A DNA stretch of 64,000 bases from positions 864,001 through 928,000 of the forward strand of contig CAWDRG010000009.1 of the NCBI GenBank assembly GCA_963804645.1. Reading direction: 5' to 3'. The first letter of the stretch is position 1. Each line of letters opens with the position of its first letter. Below the pieces are notes generated by a model. The model did no database searches. It saw only the letters and a list, made by a program, of their open reading frames with translations, and had not been told where the DNA came from. The position numbers were made by a program, and so were the translations under genes. The stretch is from an uncultured Bacillota bacterium (lineage in GTDB: Bacteria; Sysuimicrobiota; Sysuimicrobiia; Sysuimicrobiales; Segetimicrobiaceae). Below are positions 28,679 to 38,473 of this stretch, piece by piece.

Positions 28679-29973
28679 CGATAGGGAAACGGCTTCCCGG
28701 CCCGGCTTTGGAGCGCGACCGTGGCGCTGCCGACGGAGATGCGCTCGCCGCGTTGGTTGTCGCCCCACAGCTCGAGATCGACCGAGGCGTCGGCCTCGTG
28801 CTTCGCGACGACGCGTCCGCTGATCCACATCGCGTCGTAGAGAAACAGCGGCCGGCGGTGGAACACGTTGAGGGTCCGGATGACGGCGTCGTCGCCCATC
28901 CAGTTGGTGACGAGGTGTCCGAACCAGCTGATCCGCTGCATCGAGCCGTCGAAGCCGCGCGGGTACCCCATGGACGACGCGGCGAAGCCGTCGAGGTGCA
29001 TGTTGTGGGGGAACTCCGGGACGTTGGTCTCCGGATCGACGACCGCGGCGCCCGGGAAGCGCTTCAGCAGCAGATACTTGATGCGATCGGTCACGTCGAA
29101 GAACGAGCCGAACGCGGAGTGATACATGATGTAATCGCTCGGCGTGTGCGGGCCCTTGACGATCGTCGGGACCGCGTCGCCGACCGCCACGTCCTCCCAG
29201 TAGAGGACGTCCGCGCCGCGCAGGAATTCCTGCTCGTGCGCGTCGATGATGCGGCCCATCTCCTCGTCGGTATAGTACGGCCGCGGGACATCGCGGTACT
29301 TGCTCTCCTCCATGGTGACGCCTCTGGCGAAGCGGGCCATGTGGTGGAGGCAGCGAAACAAGAGCGCCCCGCTGATCTTGCTGTACACTTTGATGTCGAA
29401 CGTCTGCAGCGCGATGCGCGTGTGCGGCGCGGCGCACTCCTCGGCGGCGCCGGCGAGTGCCGACGCCGCGTCGACCTCGTCTTCGATGCAGTCGCCCGCC
29501 GTCCGTCCCTCGGAGTCGACGATCGCGACGACGCGCTGCATGCCGCGGAGTTCGTCGTTGACGTGCACCGGGTTGTAAAACGTGAACTGCCGTCCGGCCT
29601 GGAGCCCGGCGAGGCCCGGGAACCCGCCGCCGCGGCTCGCGGCCTGTCCGGGCAGGCGCGCGGCGGCCTCCGCCTGGGCGGGACGGGCGCGTCCGCGCGC
29701 CACCCGCAGCGGATTGAAGATCGGCCCGCGCACCGCGGTCTCCGGGAATGTCGGCGGGACGAGGATCGACCCCCACCGCGTGGCATTCGCGTACTCGTCA
29801 TCCAGCCACAGCGGGTTCGCGTCGCCGATCGTGTACGCCCACCGGCGGATGACGTCCTTCGTCATCTGCGAGAAGCAGGGCGGCCGCTCCTTCTCCTCCC
29901 GGCTGATGGTCCGCCGGGCCGCCTCGAGCGTCTCGTCGGTGAGCTGTGGAAACTGCGTGTCCGCCACGGGCAT
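28675..29973 (-). CDS. Double hot-dog (MaoC/FAS1-like) acyl-CoA hydratase, paralog of 22807-24105
   Basis: Same length (432 aa) and colinear with 22807-24105; GDANPLWLDDEYA, YWEDVAVGD, VTNWMGDD. Confidence 0.85.
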   Translation of the reverse strand: MPVADTQFPQLTDETLEAARRTISREEKERPPCFSQMTKDVIRRWAYTIGDANPLWLDDEYANATRWGSILVPPTFPETAVRGPIFNPLRVARGRARPAQAEAAARLPGQAASRGGGFPGLAGLQAGRQFTFYNPVHVNDELRGMQRVVAIVDSEGRTAGDCIEDEVDAASALAGAAEECAAPHTRIALQTFDIKVYSKISGALLFRCLHHMARFARGVTMEESKYRDVPRPYYTDEEMGRIIDAHEQEFLRGADVLYWEDVAVGDAVPTIVKGPHTPSDYIMYHSAFGSFFDVTDRIKYLLLKRFPGAAVVDPETNVPEFPHNMHLDGFAASSMGYPRGFDGSMQRISWFGHLVTNWMGDDAVIRTLNVFHRRPLFLYDAMWISGRVVAKHEADASVDLELWGDNQRGERISVGSATVALQSRAGKPFPYR

Positions 29974-30032
29974 CCTCTCCTACGTCTGGTCTGCGAGCCG
30001 GCGGCTGCGGCCGGCGTGCCGCGCCGGCCGCG

Positions 30033-31670
30033 CTACTTCGTCAACCACGAGGCATCCCAACTGAGCCCCCAACGGTCGCCGGCCTGGGGGAAGTTCTGCA
30101 CCCGAGGCGAGCTGACGAAGTACGGCACGACCCACACCATCGGCGCGGTGCCGTACAGCTCGGTGAACCAGTGCTGCTCGATCTGCCGCAGGTAATCTTT
30201 CCGCTTGTCGGCGCTCAACTCGGCTTCCTGCTTCGTCCACAGGTCGCGGGTGACCGGATCGGCATCCTGCCCGGTGAAGTTCAAGCGGCCGTTCGCGGTG
30301 ATCACGCGGCCGAAGTCGTTGATGGGGAAGCTGGTCCCCGGCGTGAACACCATCGCCTGATGGTCGCCCTTGGCGCCGGTGTCCCAGAACTGCGCGTCGT
30401 CGACCGGCTTGATCGTGGGCTGAAACCCGACGGCGCTCAGCTGCTGCGCGGCGAACTGCGCACCCTCGAGTGTGGAGGACTGCACGCGCGTAAGAATCGT
30501 GAAGGGCAGGCCGTTCGCGTAGCCGGCCGCCTTGAGCAGCGCCTTGGCGTCGGCCAGGTCCTGGTCCTTTGACTGGCGGTACCCGGGCAGCTGCGCCAGA
30601 TCCGCCGCGGAGATGCCCCACCCGGGCGGGAAGAACCCCGGCAGCATGCCGTCCCCCTTCGCGATCACCTTCACGGCGAGCTGGCGGTCGGGGGCGAGGA
30701 ACGCCGCCTTCCGCACGCGGACGTCGTTGAACGGGGGCTTTTTGCTGTTCATCATGATGTGGTAGCCGAGCAGGCTCGGCACCGGCCACTTCTTGGCGTC
30801 GTGATTCTGCGACTGGATCTGCGCCACTTCCTGACCGGTGAGCCACTCGGGACCGGACCGGCCGAGCGTGTCCACGCGTCCCGTGGCCACCGCTGCGAGC
30901 CGCGTGGCGCGGTCCGGGACGATCGTGAACCGGATGCCGTCGAAATAGGGCAGTCCGGGGTGCACCCCGTAGTCGGGGTTTCGCACGATGTCGAGGTAGG
31001 CGCCCGGCCGGTATTCCTGCAGCTTGTACGGGCCGGTGCCCACCACCGTCGTGTTGAGGTCGGCGCCGGTTTGGAGGATGTGCTTCGGGAGAATCATCGC
31101 GTACTCTTCCGTCAATTCCGTCAGGAAGTCCGCGTCGGGCTGCTTGAGCACGATCCGAAACGTCGAGGCGCTCAGCGCGTCCGCGCTCGCGACGTTCTGC
31201 ATCGTCTCGATCATGGTGTTGTCCGTTCCCGGGACCGGCTTGCCCATGGTTTGCAGGCTGTAGACGATATCGTCGATGGTGAGCGGCTGGCCGTCGTGCC
31301 AGCGGATGTTGCCGCGCCGCATCGTAAACGTATAGGTCTTGCCGTCCGGCGAGACGCTCCAGCTCTCCGCGAGGTCCCCCACGACATTTTTCCACGTCGT
31401 GGTGTCGGTCGTGACGATCCCGTTGTAGCAGGGAGCGACCGGCATGATTGAGATGATCGAGACGTTGCGCCAGGGGTTGAGGCCCGCGGGGTCGGCGGCC
31501 AGCGCCACCTGGAGCGTGCCGCCCCGGACGGGCTTGGGCATCGCGGCCGCGGCCGCGGCGAACGCGGACGGAGCGCGACCGGTGGAGCCCCACGCGGTCG
31601 CCATCCCCGCCGCGCCTGCCAAGCGGAGCAGCTGGCGGCGGGTCATCCGGGTAGTCGGGCGGTGTGACAT
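30033..31670 (-). CDS. Peptide/nickel ABC substrate-binding protein (family 5) with Tat signal
   Basis: MTRRQLLRLAG; RGGTL, GDLAESWSVSPDGKTYTF, WHDGQPLT, GTGPYKL, PFNDVRVRKA; SD AGGAGG. Confidence 0.93.
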   Translation of the reverse strand: MSHRPTTRMTRRQLLRLAGAAGMATAWGSTGRAPSAFAAAAAAMPKPVRGGTLQVALAADPAGLNPWRNVSIISIMPVAPCYNGIVTTDTTTWKNVVGDLAESWSVSPDGKTYTFTMRRGNIRWHDGQPLTIDDIVYSLQTMGKPVPGTDNTMIETMQNVASADALSASTFRIVLKQPDADFLTELTEEYAMILPKHILQTGADLNTTVVGTGPYKLQEYRPGAYLDIVRNPDYGVHPGLPYFDGIRFTIVPDRATRLAAVATGRVDTLGRSGPEWLTGQEVAQIQSQNHDAKKWPVPSLLGYHIMMNSKKPPFNDVRVRKAAFLAPDRQLAVKVIAKGDGMLPGFFPPGWGISAADLAQLPGYRQSKDQDLADAKALLKAAGYANGLPFTILTRVQSSTLEGAQFAAQQLSAVGFQPTIKPVDDAQFWDTGAKGDHQAMVFTPGTSFPINDFGRVITANGRLNFTGQDADPVTRDLWTKQEAELSADKRKDYLRQIEQHWFTELYGTAPMVWVVPYFVSSPRVQNFPQAGDRWGLSWDASWLTK

Positions 31671-32191
31671 AGCTGTGCACCTCCTGGAGGATCGTCGCGG
31701 ATCTTCTCGGAGCGATGCGCTACGCACACGTACGCGTGCATCCGCGCACGGTTCGGCCGAACCTCACCCGCTGTTCTTGCCGTCGCTCCGAAACTCCTAC
31801 CGATGCCGGTCACGGTATTGTTACGGATCGCGGGATGACTCGGTTTGACGACGGGACGACGTCCCACGACCCGGGTCCCGGTACGGCCGCCCAGGTCGCC
31901 GCCCTGTGCCCGGTTGAACGCGAGGCGCGCCGGCCACTCCGCCACCGGTCGGGCGGCCGCGCACTCCTGCCGCTGAATCGCGACCGCGCCGGCCGTCGTA
32001 GAGGGACGATCATAGTCCGGAACCGAATCTCGCAGGGTCCGGGCCTCGGCTCCGCGTGTGAGTCGACGGCCTCGCAGCGCGTGCCCACGCTCGCGCGGCG
32101 TCTCGGATCGACGATGGCGGTGCCGGCAGTCGAGCGCGTGCGACGAGGTGCGGCCTCGCGCTGCCGGCGGCCGAGGGAGAAGGGGTGTCGA

Positions 32192-33220
32192 GTGCACGGT
32201 TCCGACGAGACCTCAACAATGGCGCAGCTGGTCAGCGACGATGTGTATCAACTCCGACTGCCGTTCGCCAACACCCGTCTCGTGTACGCCAACGTGTATC
32301 TGGTTCGATCGACCCAAGGGTGGGTGCTCGTGGATGCGGGCAGCGACGAAGACGTCAGCCGGGCGCGCCTGCGGGCAGCCCTCGCCGAGATCGCGCACCG
32401 CGGTGAGCGCGTGCAGGAGACGTGGGTGACTCACCTGCACCCAGATCACTACGGAGGGACGGGCGAAGTCACCGACGGATCAGGCGGATTCCGCTACACC
32501 GACCAAGATCGCGTCCTGCTCGGGCGGGCGGCGCGGCTCGTGAACGCCGCGGGATACTGGGAACGCCATGGCGCTCCCGAGCGGTTCGCGGAGGAGACCC
32601 ATGAGTGGTTTCGCGCGCGGATGTCCCAGCTTCCGCTGCCGTCGCCGCACCACCCGCTGGCGGACGGGGATGTACTGACCTCCGGCGGCCGTCGCTTTGA
32701 GGTGCTCTCCACCCCCGGCCATACACCCGGGCACGTCTGCTTTTACGAGCCCGCGACGCAGCTGCTCCTCACGGGCGATCACATCCTCCCCAGGGAGACA
32801 CCCCACGTGGGGCTGTGGCCGGGCGAGATGGACAACCCGCTGCAGCACTACTTGAACGCCCTCCGGCGCATCCGCGGGCTGCGCGTCCGTCTCGCCCTGC
32901 CGGGCCACGGGGCGCCGATCTCGAACGTGACCGAACGCATCGATGTGATTCTGAATCACCACGCCGAGCGCTTGGCGGACGCGGAGCACGCGGTCGTGGA
33001 CGGGAGCGCCGAGGGGGTGTCCGGCGACGGCGCCTCGACGTACGAGGTGGCCGCCCGCATGCGATGGTCGATCCCGTGGGAGCGGCAAACCGGCCACGAC
33101 CGCGCGCTGGCGTTCACGGAAGCCCACGCACATCTCGAGGTGTTGCGGAGCGAGGGGCGGGTGCGCCGGTCCCCCGAAACGCAGGGAGACGGGGCGAAGG
33201 TTCGCTGGGTGCGGGCCTAG
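32192..33220 (+). CDS. MBL-fold metallo-hydrolase
   Basis: NVYLV, LVDAG, THLHPDHYGG, TPGHTPGH, TGDHIL, LPGHG; C-terminal winged-helix-like tail; start 32192 or 32219. Confidence 0.9.
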   Translation: MHGSDETSTMAQLVSDDVYQLRLPFANTRLVYANVYLVRSTQGWVLVDAGSDEDVSRARLRAALAEIAHRGERVQETWVTHLHPDHYGGTGEVTDGSGGFRYTDQDRVLLGRAARLVNAAGYWERHGAPERFAEETHEWFRARMSQLPLPSPHHPLADGDVLTSGGRRFEVLSTPGHTPGHVCFYEPATQLLLTGDHILPRETPHVGLWPGEMDNPLQHYLNALRRIRGLRVRLALPGHGAPISNVTERIDVILNHHAERLADAEHAVVDGSAEGVSGDGASTYEVAARMRWSIPWERQTGHDRALAFTEAHAHLEVLRSEGRVRRSPETQGDGAKVRWVRA

Positions 33221-33276
33221 CTCTTGGAGGTCCGCCGAACGGGCGCGGTCGGGACCTGTGTGTCCGGTCGCGCGGG

Positions 33277-33303
33277 GAGGAGTTCGCGGCGTCAAAACGA
33301 ATC
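33277..33303 (+). promoter_or_regulatory. Conserved upstream motif GAGGAGTTCG-N6-CAAAACGAATC (copy 1)
   Basis: Same motif and spacing upstream of the paralogous SBP at 52074-52100. Confidence 0.55.
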
Positions 33304-33406
33304 CGCGGCCAGTGTACGCCGAGCTCGTGGGTATGCGTGCCGACGTCTCTGAACATCCTGTCGAGAGAGAGGCCCCCGTGAGAAGACGGGCTGGAGGGCT
33401 GCGGGC

Positions 33407-35062
33407 ATGACGCTGAACGGCGGATCCGGGAACGGCGGCGCAGGTGCCGCGCGCCGCGCGCTCTCGCGCCGCCGGCTGCTCGGCCACGCGGCGCGCGCGG
33501 CGGTGCTCCTCGCGCCGGGCCTCAGCGGCGCGGAGCGGGCGTCGGCGGCGCTTGCCCCTCGGTCGGCGCCGGCCGGCCTCCTGCGGGTCGGACTGTCGGA
33601 CCTCGGGTCGGAGCGCTTTGAACCGCGCATCGATGTGGCCGGATCGATGTTCGTCTGGTCCGAAATCGTCGAGCCGCTCATCGGGGTCGACGCGGACGGC
33701 AAGCTGAGCACGACCGGGCTGGCGCCGCGCTGGGAGACCAGCCCGGACGGGAAGAGCATCACGTTCCATCTGGTCACGACGGCGCGCTGGCACGATGGGG
33801 TCGAGTTCACCGCGGACGACGTGAAGTACAACTTCGATGTGTACTACCGCGCCCCGGGCACGCTGAACTTTGCCGGCGGGTTCATCAGGACGAACGTGAT
33901 CTCGACGACCGTGCACGACAAGTCCACGATCACGATCGCGCTCAACTCGCCCGTGGCGCCGAACCTGGCCCAGTTTGGGGACGCCGAAGGCCTGCTCTAT
34001 ATCGTTCCGAAGCATTACCTCGAGGCGAACGGGTTCGACGCGATGGCGAAAAAGCCGCTCGGCACCGGGCCGTGGAAGTTCGGGGGGCAGCAGTTCGGGG
34101 AGTGGGCGGAACTCGAGAGCAACACGGACTATCGCGACCCGGCGCGCGTCCCCCGGTTCAAGACCGCGAGAATTTCCGGAATCGCGGAACCGGCCACGCG
34201 GGTCGCGGCGCTCCGGACAGGCCAAGTCGACATCGCGCAGGTGGACCCGAACGACGTCCCGGGGCTGCAGCTCGCCGGGTTCACCATGAGGCCGCTCAGG
34301 TACGGAGCGCTCACCGTGGGGTTCTTCCTGAAGGGGTACGATGCCGCGAAGATCGCGAATCACGTGGAGTTTCGCAGGGCGCTGAACCTTGCCATCGACC
34401 GGCAGGCGATTTTCAAGGCGATTTATCCCCCGGGGACCGCTGAGATCCTGCACGGGAGCGGGCTCTACGCCCCCGGGGCGATCGGGGACGACCCCGGTCT
34501 GCAGCCGTATCCCTATCAGCCGGACGAGGCGCGCCGGCTGCTGGCGGGGATCTACCACGGGGAGCCGATCACGATCTGGAGTTTCTCGCTCGGCTTCGAC
34601 CCCGAGCAGCTGCAGGTGAACGACCTGATTCAGGGATACTGGCAGAAGATCGGCTTGAATGTGAATGTCCAGCGCATCGAGTACGCGACCTTCCGGCCGC
34701 GGGCGGCGACGCAAGACTATCCAGGACCGGCCGAAACGGCGGTGTTTGCGCCCGCCCCGAGGCCATCGATGGTCTCGCAGATTCTCGTGTACCTCGTCGC
34801 GATCAGCGACGGCGGGACCATCGACATCGCGATCGACCATCAAAAGGCGAAGAGCTGGTACGACGAGCTGGTGCAGATCAAGGATCCCGCCATGCTGCAG
34901 CAGCGCCTGCGCGACATCAACCGTGAGATGTACCGGGAATACTGGAACTTTCCGCTGTTCCTCAAGCACATCCCGTACGCGTACCAGAAGACGGTGGCGT
35001 CCTGGGAGCCCGGCGCGTACCATCGCGAGTACATCCGGCTGTGGTCCGCGGTGCCCGCGTAG
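33407..35062 (+). CDS. Peptide/nickel ABC substrate-binding protein (family 5) with Tat signal
   Basis: LSRRRLLG; WETSPDGKSITF, WHDGVEFTADDVKY, GTGPWKF, FRRALNLAIDRQAI. Confidence 0.93.
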   Translation: MTLNGGSGNGGAGAARRALSRRRLLGHAARAAVLLAPGLSGAERASAALAPRSAPAGLLRVGLSDLGSERFEPRIDVAGSMFVWSEIVEPLIGVDADGKLSTTGLAPRWETSPDGKSITFHLVTTARWHDGVEFTADDVKYNFDVYYRAPGTLNFAGGFIRTNVISTTVHDKSTITIALNSPVAPNLAQFGDAEGLLYIVPKHYLEANGFDAMAKKPLGTGPWKFGGQQFGEWAELESNTDYRDPARVPRFKTARISGIAEPATRVAALRTGQVDIAQVDPNDVPGLQLAGFTMRPLRYGALTVGFFLKGYDAAKIANHVEFRRALNLAIDRQAIFKAIYPPGTAEILHGSGLYAPGAIGDDPGLQPYPYQPDEARRLLAGIYHGEPITIWSFSLGFDPEQLQVNDLIQGYWQKIGLNVNVQRIEYATFRPRAATQDYPGPAETAVFAPAPRPSMVSQILVYLVAISDGGTIDIAIDHQKAKSWYDELVQIKDPAMLQQRLRDINREMYREYWNFPLFLKHIPYAYQKTVASWEPGAYHREYIRLWSAVPA

Positions 35063-35185
35063 CGACCGGCACGTGCCGGCGACCGCCGCGCGTCCGGGCG
35101 AGAGTAGGATTTCCGGCGAATCAAGTCTAACTGACACCCGCTCGTCTCGGAGAGGTGGCCGCGTGTCACGCGGTCGGAGGGCCCC

Positions 35186-35938
35186 ATGCTCGAGGTGACC
35201 CAGCGCGATCGCGTGTGTTTTCTGCGCGTGTCGGCGCCCGCACGTTTCGATGAGTCGGCCGCGGCGCTCGCCGGCGCCCTCATCGAGGCATGCACGCACA
35301 TCCACGAAGGCGATGATCCGGTGGTCGGCGTCGTGGTCTCGTCCTCCGACGCCGCGTACTGTCTCGCGCCGCCCCAGAGTGCCGACGACTGCGACCGCGT
35401 GCGCGATCGTTGGGCCGCCGCGACGGACGCGATTGCCGGTCTTCGCGCGCCGACGATCGCCGCCATCGACGGGGACGCGGTCGGGCCGGCCTGGGAGCTT
35501 GCGCTGGCATGCGATCTGCGGATCGCGGCGAGCGAGGTCCGTGTCGGCAGCCCGGAAATTCACTGGGGGCGGATTCCGGCTGCCGGCGGCACCCAGCGGC
35601 TGACTCGTCTGGTGGGGCCCGGCGTCGCGGCGCGCCTCTTGCTGTTGGGGGAGATTCTCGCGGCGCCCGACGCCCATGCACTTGGGCTGCTGCATCGCGT
35701 GGAACCCCGCGAGCGTCTCGGCGTCTCGCTCGATGAGATGCTCGCCGGGCTCCGCGACTCCGCGCCGATCGCCCTCGCGTACGCCAAAGAGGCCGTGCAC
35801 AGCGCCGGGGACCTCGCGCTCGCGGACGGCCTGCGTCTCGAAGCCGATCTCGCGGTGCTGCTCCAGACGACCGGTGACCGCGCGGAGGGGATCGGCGCGT
35901 TCCTGACGCGCCGTGCGGCGCACTTCCAGGGCCGATGA
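35186..35938 (+). CDS. Enoyl-CoA hydratase/isomerase (crotonase) family, divergent N-terminus
   Basis: PTIAAIDGDAVGPAWELALACDLRIA, PEIHWGRIPAAGGTQRL, EGIGAFLTRRAAHFQGR. Confidence 0.88.
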   Translation: MLEVTQRDRVCFLRVSAPARFDESAAALAGALIEACTHIHEGDDPVVGVVVSSSDAAYCLAPPQSADDCDRVRDRWAAATDAIAGLRAPTIAAIDGDAVGPAWELALACDLRIAASEVRVGSPEIHWGRIPAAGGTQRLTRLVGPGVAARLLLLGEILAAPDAHALGLLHRVEPRERLGVSLDEMLAGLRDSAPIALAYAKEAVHSAGDLALADGLRLEADLAVLLQTTGDRAEGIGAFLTRRAAHFQGR

Positions 35939-37743
35939 CCGAGTTCGCGCCGCTCGAGGACGTGCGTGTGCTCGACCTGAGTCGCGGGGGCGGCGCGGCC
36001 GTCTGTGCGCGGCTGTTTCGTCAGCTCGGCGCGACCGTGGTGGCGGCGGATCCCGCTGCGGCGGACGCGCGCCCCCTCTTCGAGGCCTCGGATCTCGTCC
36101 TCTCGGATCTTCGTCCATTCGCCAGGGCCGCCGCGTACTTTTCGCAGGCTGGTCGCGCGCCGGCGCGTGGTCACGCCGTGGTCTCGGTGACGCCGTACGG
36201 GTGGGTCGGGCCCTACGCCGATCGCGACGCCGATGCGGAGCCGGACCTCGACCTCGACGGTCCCATCGTGCGTCACCTGGTGGGGGCGCATGCCGCGGTC
36301 GCCGCGCTCGGGGCGCTCCGCTGGGCGCGCCGTCACCGGTGCGGCGCGTTGGTGCAGATCGCGGCGATTGAAGTGCTCGCCGGGTGCCTCGGCGCTCGTG
36401 TGCCCGATGCCGCGTGCCCGCGCTGCGGTGGGGCGGTTTCGACGCGCGACCGCGCGGACGCGCAGGCGGCGGTCGTGCCGTGTGCCGACGGGTACCTTGG
36501 GGTCACCGCGTCCACGCCGGCCGACCGAGCGATGCTGGCCGCGCTGACCGGACTCGACGCGAGCGGCCCCGTCGAGATGGGCGCGCGTCTTACCGAATGG
36601 CTTCGGACACGGCGGCGGCACGACGCGTTCCACGAGGCGCAGCGGTGGCGGCTGCCGATCGTCCCGGTGCTCGATCCGGCAGAGGTGCTGGGCGACGCGC
36701 AGAGCGTCGCGCGGGCTGCGTGGACGGTCGGAGCGCGCGGAGAAGTCACGGCGCGGTCGCCGTTTCGCGGCGCGCCGGGGCGGCGGACGAGACCACGGCC
36801 GGCCGGCCGAGGGATCACGCCGCTGTCCGATGTGTCGATCCTCGACCTGGGGATCGTCTGGGCCGGTCCGTACTGCGGCCGGCTCCTCGCGGGCTTGGGC
36901 GCCACGGTCGTGAAGATCGAAGCCCCCGATCGGCCGGACGGTACGCGATTCTCCGGCATGGGGCAGTGCTCCGGGACGTTTGGAGATCTCAATCGCGGCA
37001 AAGCGAGCCTCGTGGTCGATCTCACCGTCCCCGCGGGCCGCGACGCGTTTCGCCGGCTCGCGTGCGGGGCGGACGTCGTGCTCGAGAACTACAGCCCGCG
37101 GGTGATGCCCAACTTTGGTCTGAGCGGGGAGGCGCTGCGTGACCTCAACCCGTCCCTGGTGATGCTGTCGCTTCCGGCGTTTGGGTCCACCGGTCCCTGG
37201 GCCTCCTACGTCGCGTACGGCAGCGGACTGGAGCTCGCGACCGGTCTTGCCTGCAGGCCGCCCCTCGCGCCGCCGGCCCCGGCGTCGGTTCCGTACCTTG
37301 ATTATCTGGCAGGCGCGTACGGCGCGGTCGGCGTGCTGGCCGCCCTCATCGGCCGCGACGCGGGCGGCGGCGGGGCGCACGTCGAGATCGCGCAGCGGGA
37401 GGTCGCCTGCCAGGTGCTGGAGACGGTGTTGCGCGGCGGCGCGTGGCGGCCGTTTCCGTGCGCGGACGCGGCGGTCCTGACCGCCCATCCGCAGCTCGCC
37501 GCCCTGGGATTCTTCGCGACGGCTCCCGCGGACAGCGCGATCTGCTATCATTACGCCCGGCCGCCGTGGCAGTTCCAGGGCGGGCAGATCCCGGGCGAGC
37601 GCCCCGCCCCGATCTTCGGCGCCGACAGCGTGTCGGTGCTCGCGGGCCTGGCGCGCATCGACTCAATCGAGATCGAACGTCTCGTGAGGGGCAACGTGAT
37701 CCGGACGTCGCGCCACGCGACCGGTGGGCCGCCGGATGGATGA
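35935..37743 (+). CDS. Class III CoA-transferase with a shortened N-terminal repeat and an intact C-terminal domain
   Basis: N: VRVLDLS..LGATVV (shortened); C: ILDLGIVWAGPYCGRLLAGLGATVVKIE, NRGKAS, ENYSPRVM, PYLDYLAG. Confidence 0.85.
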   Translation: MTEFAPLEDVRVLDLSRGGGAAVCARLFRQLGATVVAADPAAADARPLFEASDLVLSDLRPFARAAAYFSQAGRAPARGHAVVSVTPYGWVGPYADRDADAEPDLDLDGPIVRHLVGAHAAVAALGALRWARRHRCGALVQIAAIEVLAGCLGARVPDAACPRCGGAVSTRDRADAQAAVVPCADGYLGVTASTPADRAMLAALTGLDASGPVEMGARLTEWLRTRRRHDAFHEAQRWRLPIVPVLDPAEVLGDAQSVARAAWTVGARGEVTARSPFRGAPGRRTRPRPAGRGITPLSDVSILDLGIVWAGPYCGRLLAGLGATVVKIEAPDRPDGTRFSGMGQCSGTFGDLNRGKASLVVDLTVPAGRDAFRRLACGADVVLENYSPRVMPNFGLSGEALRDLNPSLVMLSLPAFGSTGPWASYVAYGSGLELATGLACRPPLAPPAPASVPYLDYLAGAYGAVGVLAALIGRDAGGGGAHVEIAQREVACQVLETVLRGGAWRPFPCADAAVLTAHPQLAALGFFATAPADSAICYHYARPPWQFQGGQIPGERPAPIFGADSVSVLAGLARIDSIEIERLVRGNVIRTSRHATGGPPDG

Positions 37744-38473
37744 GACGGTCCTCTACGAGAAGGTGGACGGCGTCGCGTGGGTCACGCTCAACCGCCCCGA
37801 CCGGCTCAATGTCTACAACCTCCGCATGCGCGACGAGCTGTTCGAGGTGCTGTGCGCCGTGCGGGACGACCCGGAGATTCGCGCGTTCGTGCTGCGGGGC
37901 GCGGGGCGGTGCTTCTGCGCGGGGGCGGACCTCACGGAGTTCGGGACCGCGCCCTCCCCGACCATCGCCCGCCGCGTGCGGTTCGGGCGCGACGTCTGGG
38001 ATGTGCTGGACGGCTTGGAGGTCCCCACCGTGGCGGCGCTGCACGGTGTGGCGCTCGGGTCGGGGCTGGAGATGGCGCTGTTCTGCGATCTTCAGATCGC
38101 CGCGGAGGAGACGGTCCTGGGCTTCCCGGAGGTGCGCCTCGGCATGATCCCGGCCGCCGGCGGGACTCAGACCCTTCCGCGGGCGGCGGGGACGTCGTAC
38201 GCGCTGGACCTGCTGTTGACCGGCCGGCGCGTGCAGGCGGCGGAGGCGCAGCGGCACGGGATGGTGTCGCGCGTCGTGCCCGCGGAGCGCCTGGACCGCG
38301 AGGTCGCGTCGGTCGCGGAGGCCGTGGCTCGGCTCGACCCGTGCGCCGTGCGCGCCATCCATCACCTGCTGCGCACCGGGGTGGACGCTCCGCTCGCAAC
38401 CGGCCTGCGGCGCGAGGCGGTGCTCGGCGCGGTCGTGGCCGCGCAGGGGCACGGCGTCGAGCGGGGCGCATGA
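37736..38473 (+). CDS. Enoyl-CoA hydratase/isomerase (crotonase) family
   Basis: VTLNRPDRLN, FCAGADL, GSGLEMALFCD, FPEVRLGMIPAAGGTQ. Confidence 0.92.
   Translation: MDETVLYEKVDGVAWVTLNRPDRLNVYNLRMRDELFEVLCAVRDDPEIRAFVLRGAGRCFCAGADLTEFGTAPSPTIARRVRFGRDVWDVLDGLEVPTVAALHGVALGSGLEMALFCDLQIAAEETVLGFPEVRLGMIPAAGGTQTLPRAAGTSYALDLLLTGRRVQAAEAQRHGMVSRVVPAERLDREVASVAEAVARLDPCAVRAIHHLLRTGVDAPLATGLRREAVLGAVVAAQGHGVERGA

Noticed and set aside
32480..36118. Very long antisense ORFs (1212 aa here; also 24001-26763, 41166-44141, 52145-55462)
   Set aside because: These are shadow frames opposite well-supported genes. They are Arg/Gly/Pro-rich with no motifs, as expected at this GC content.
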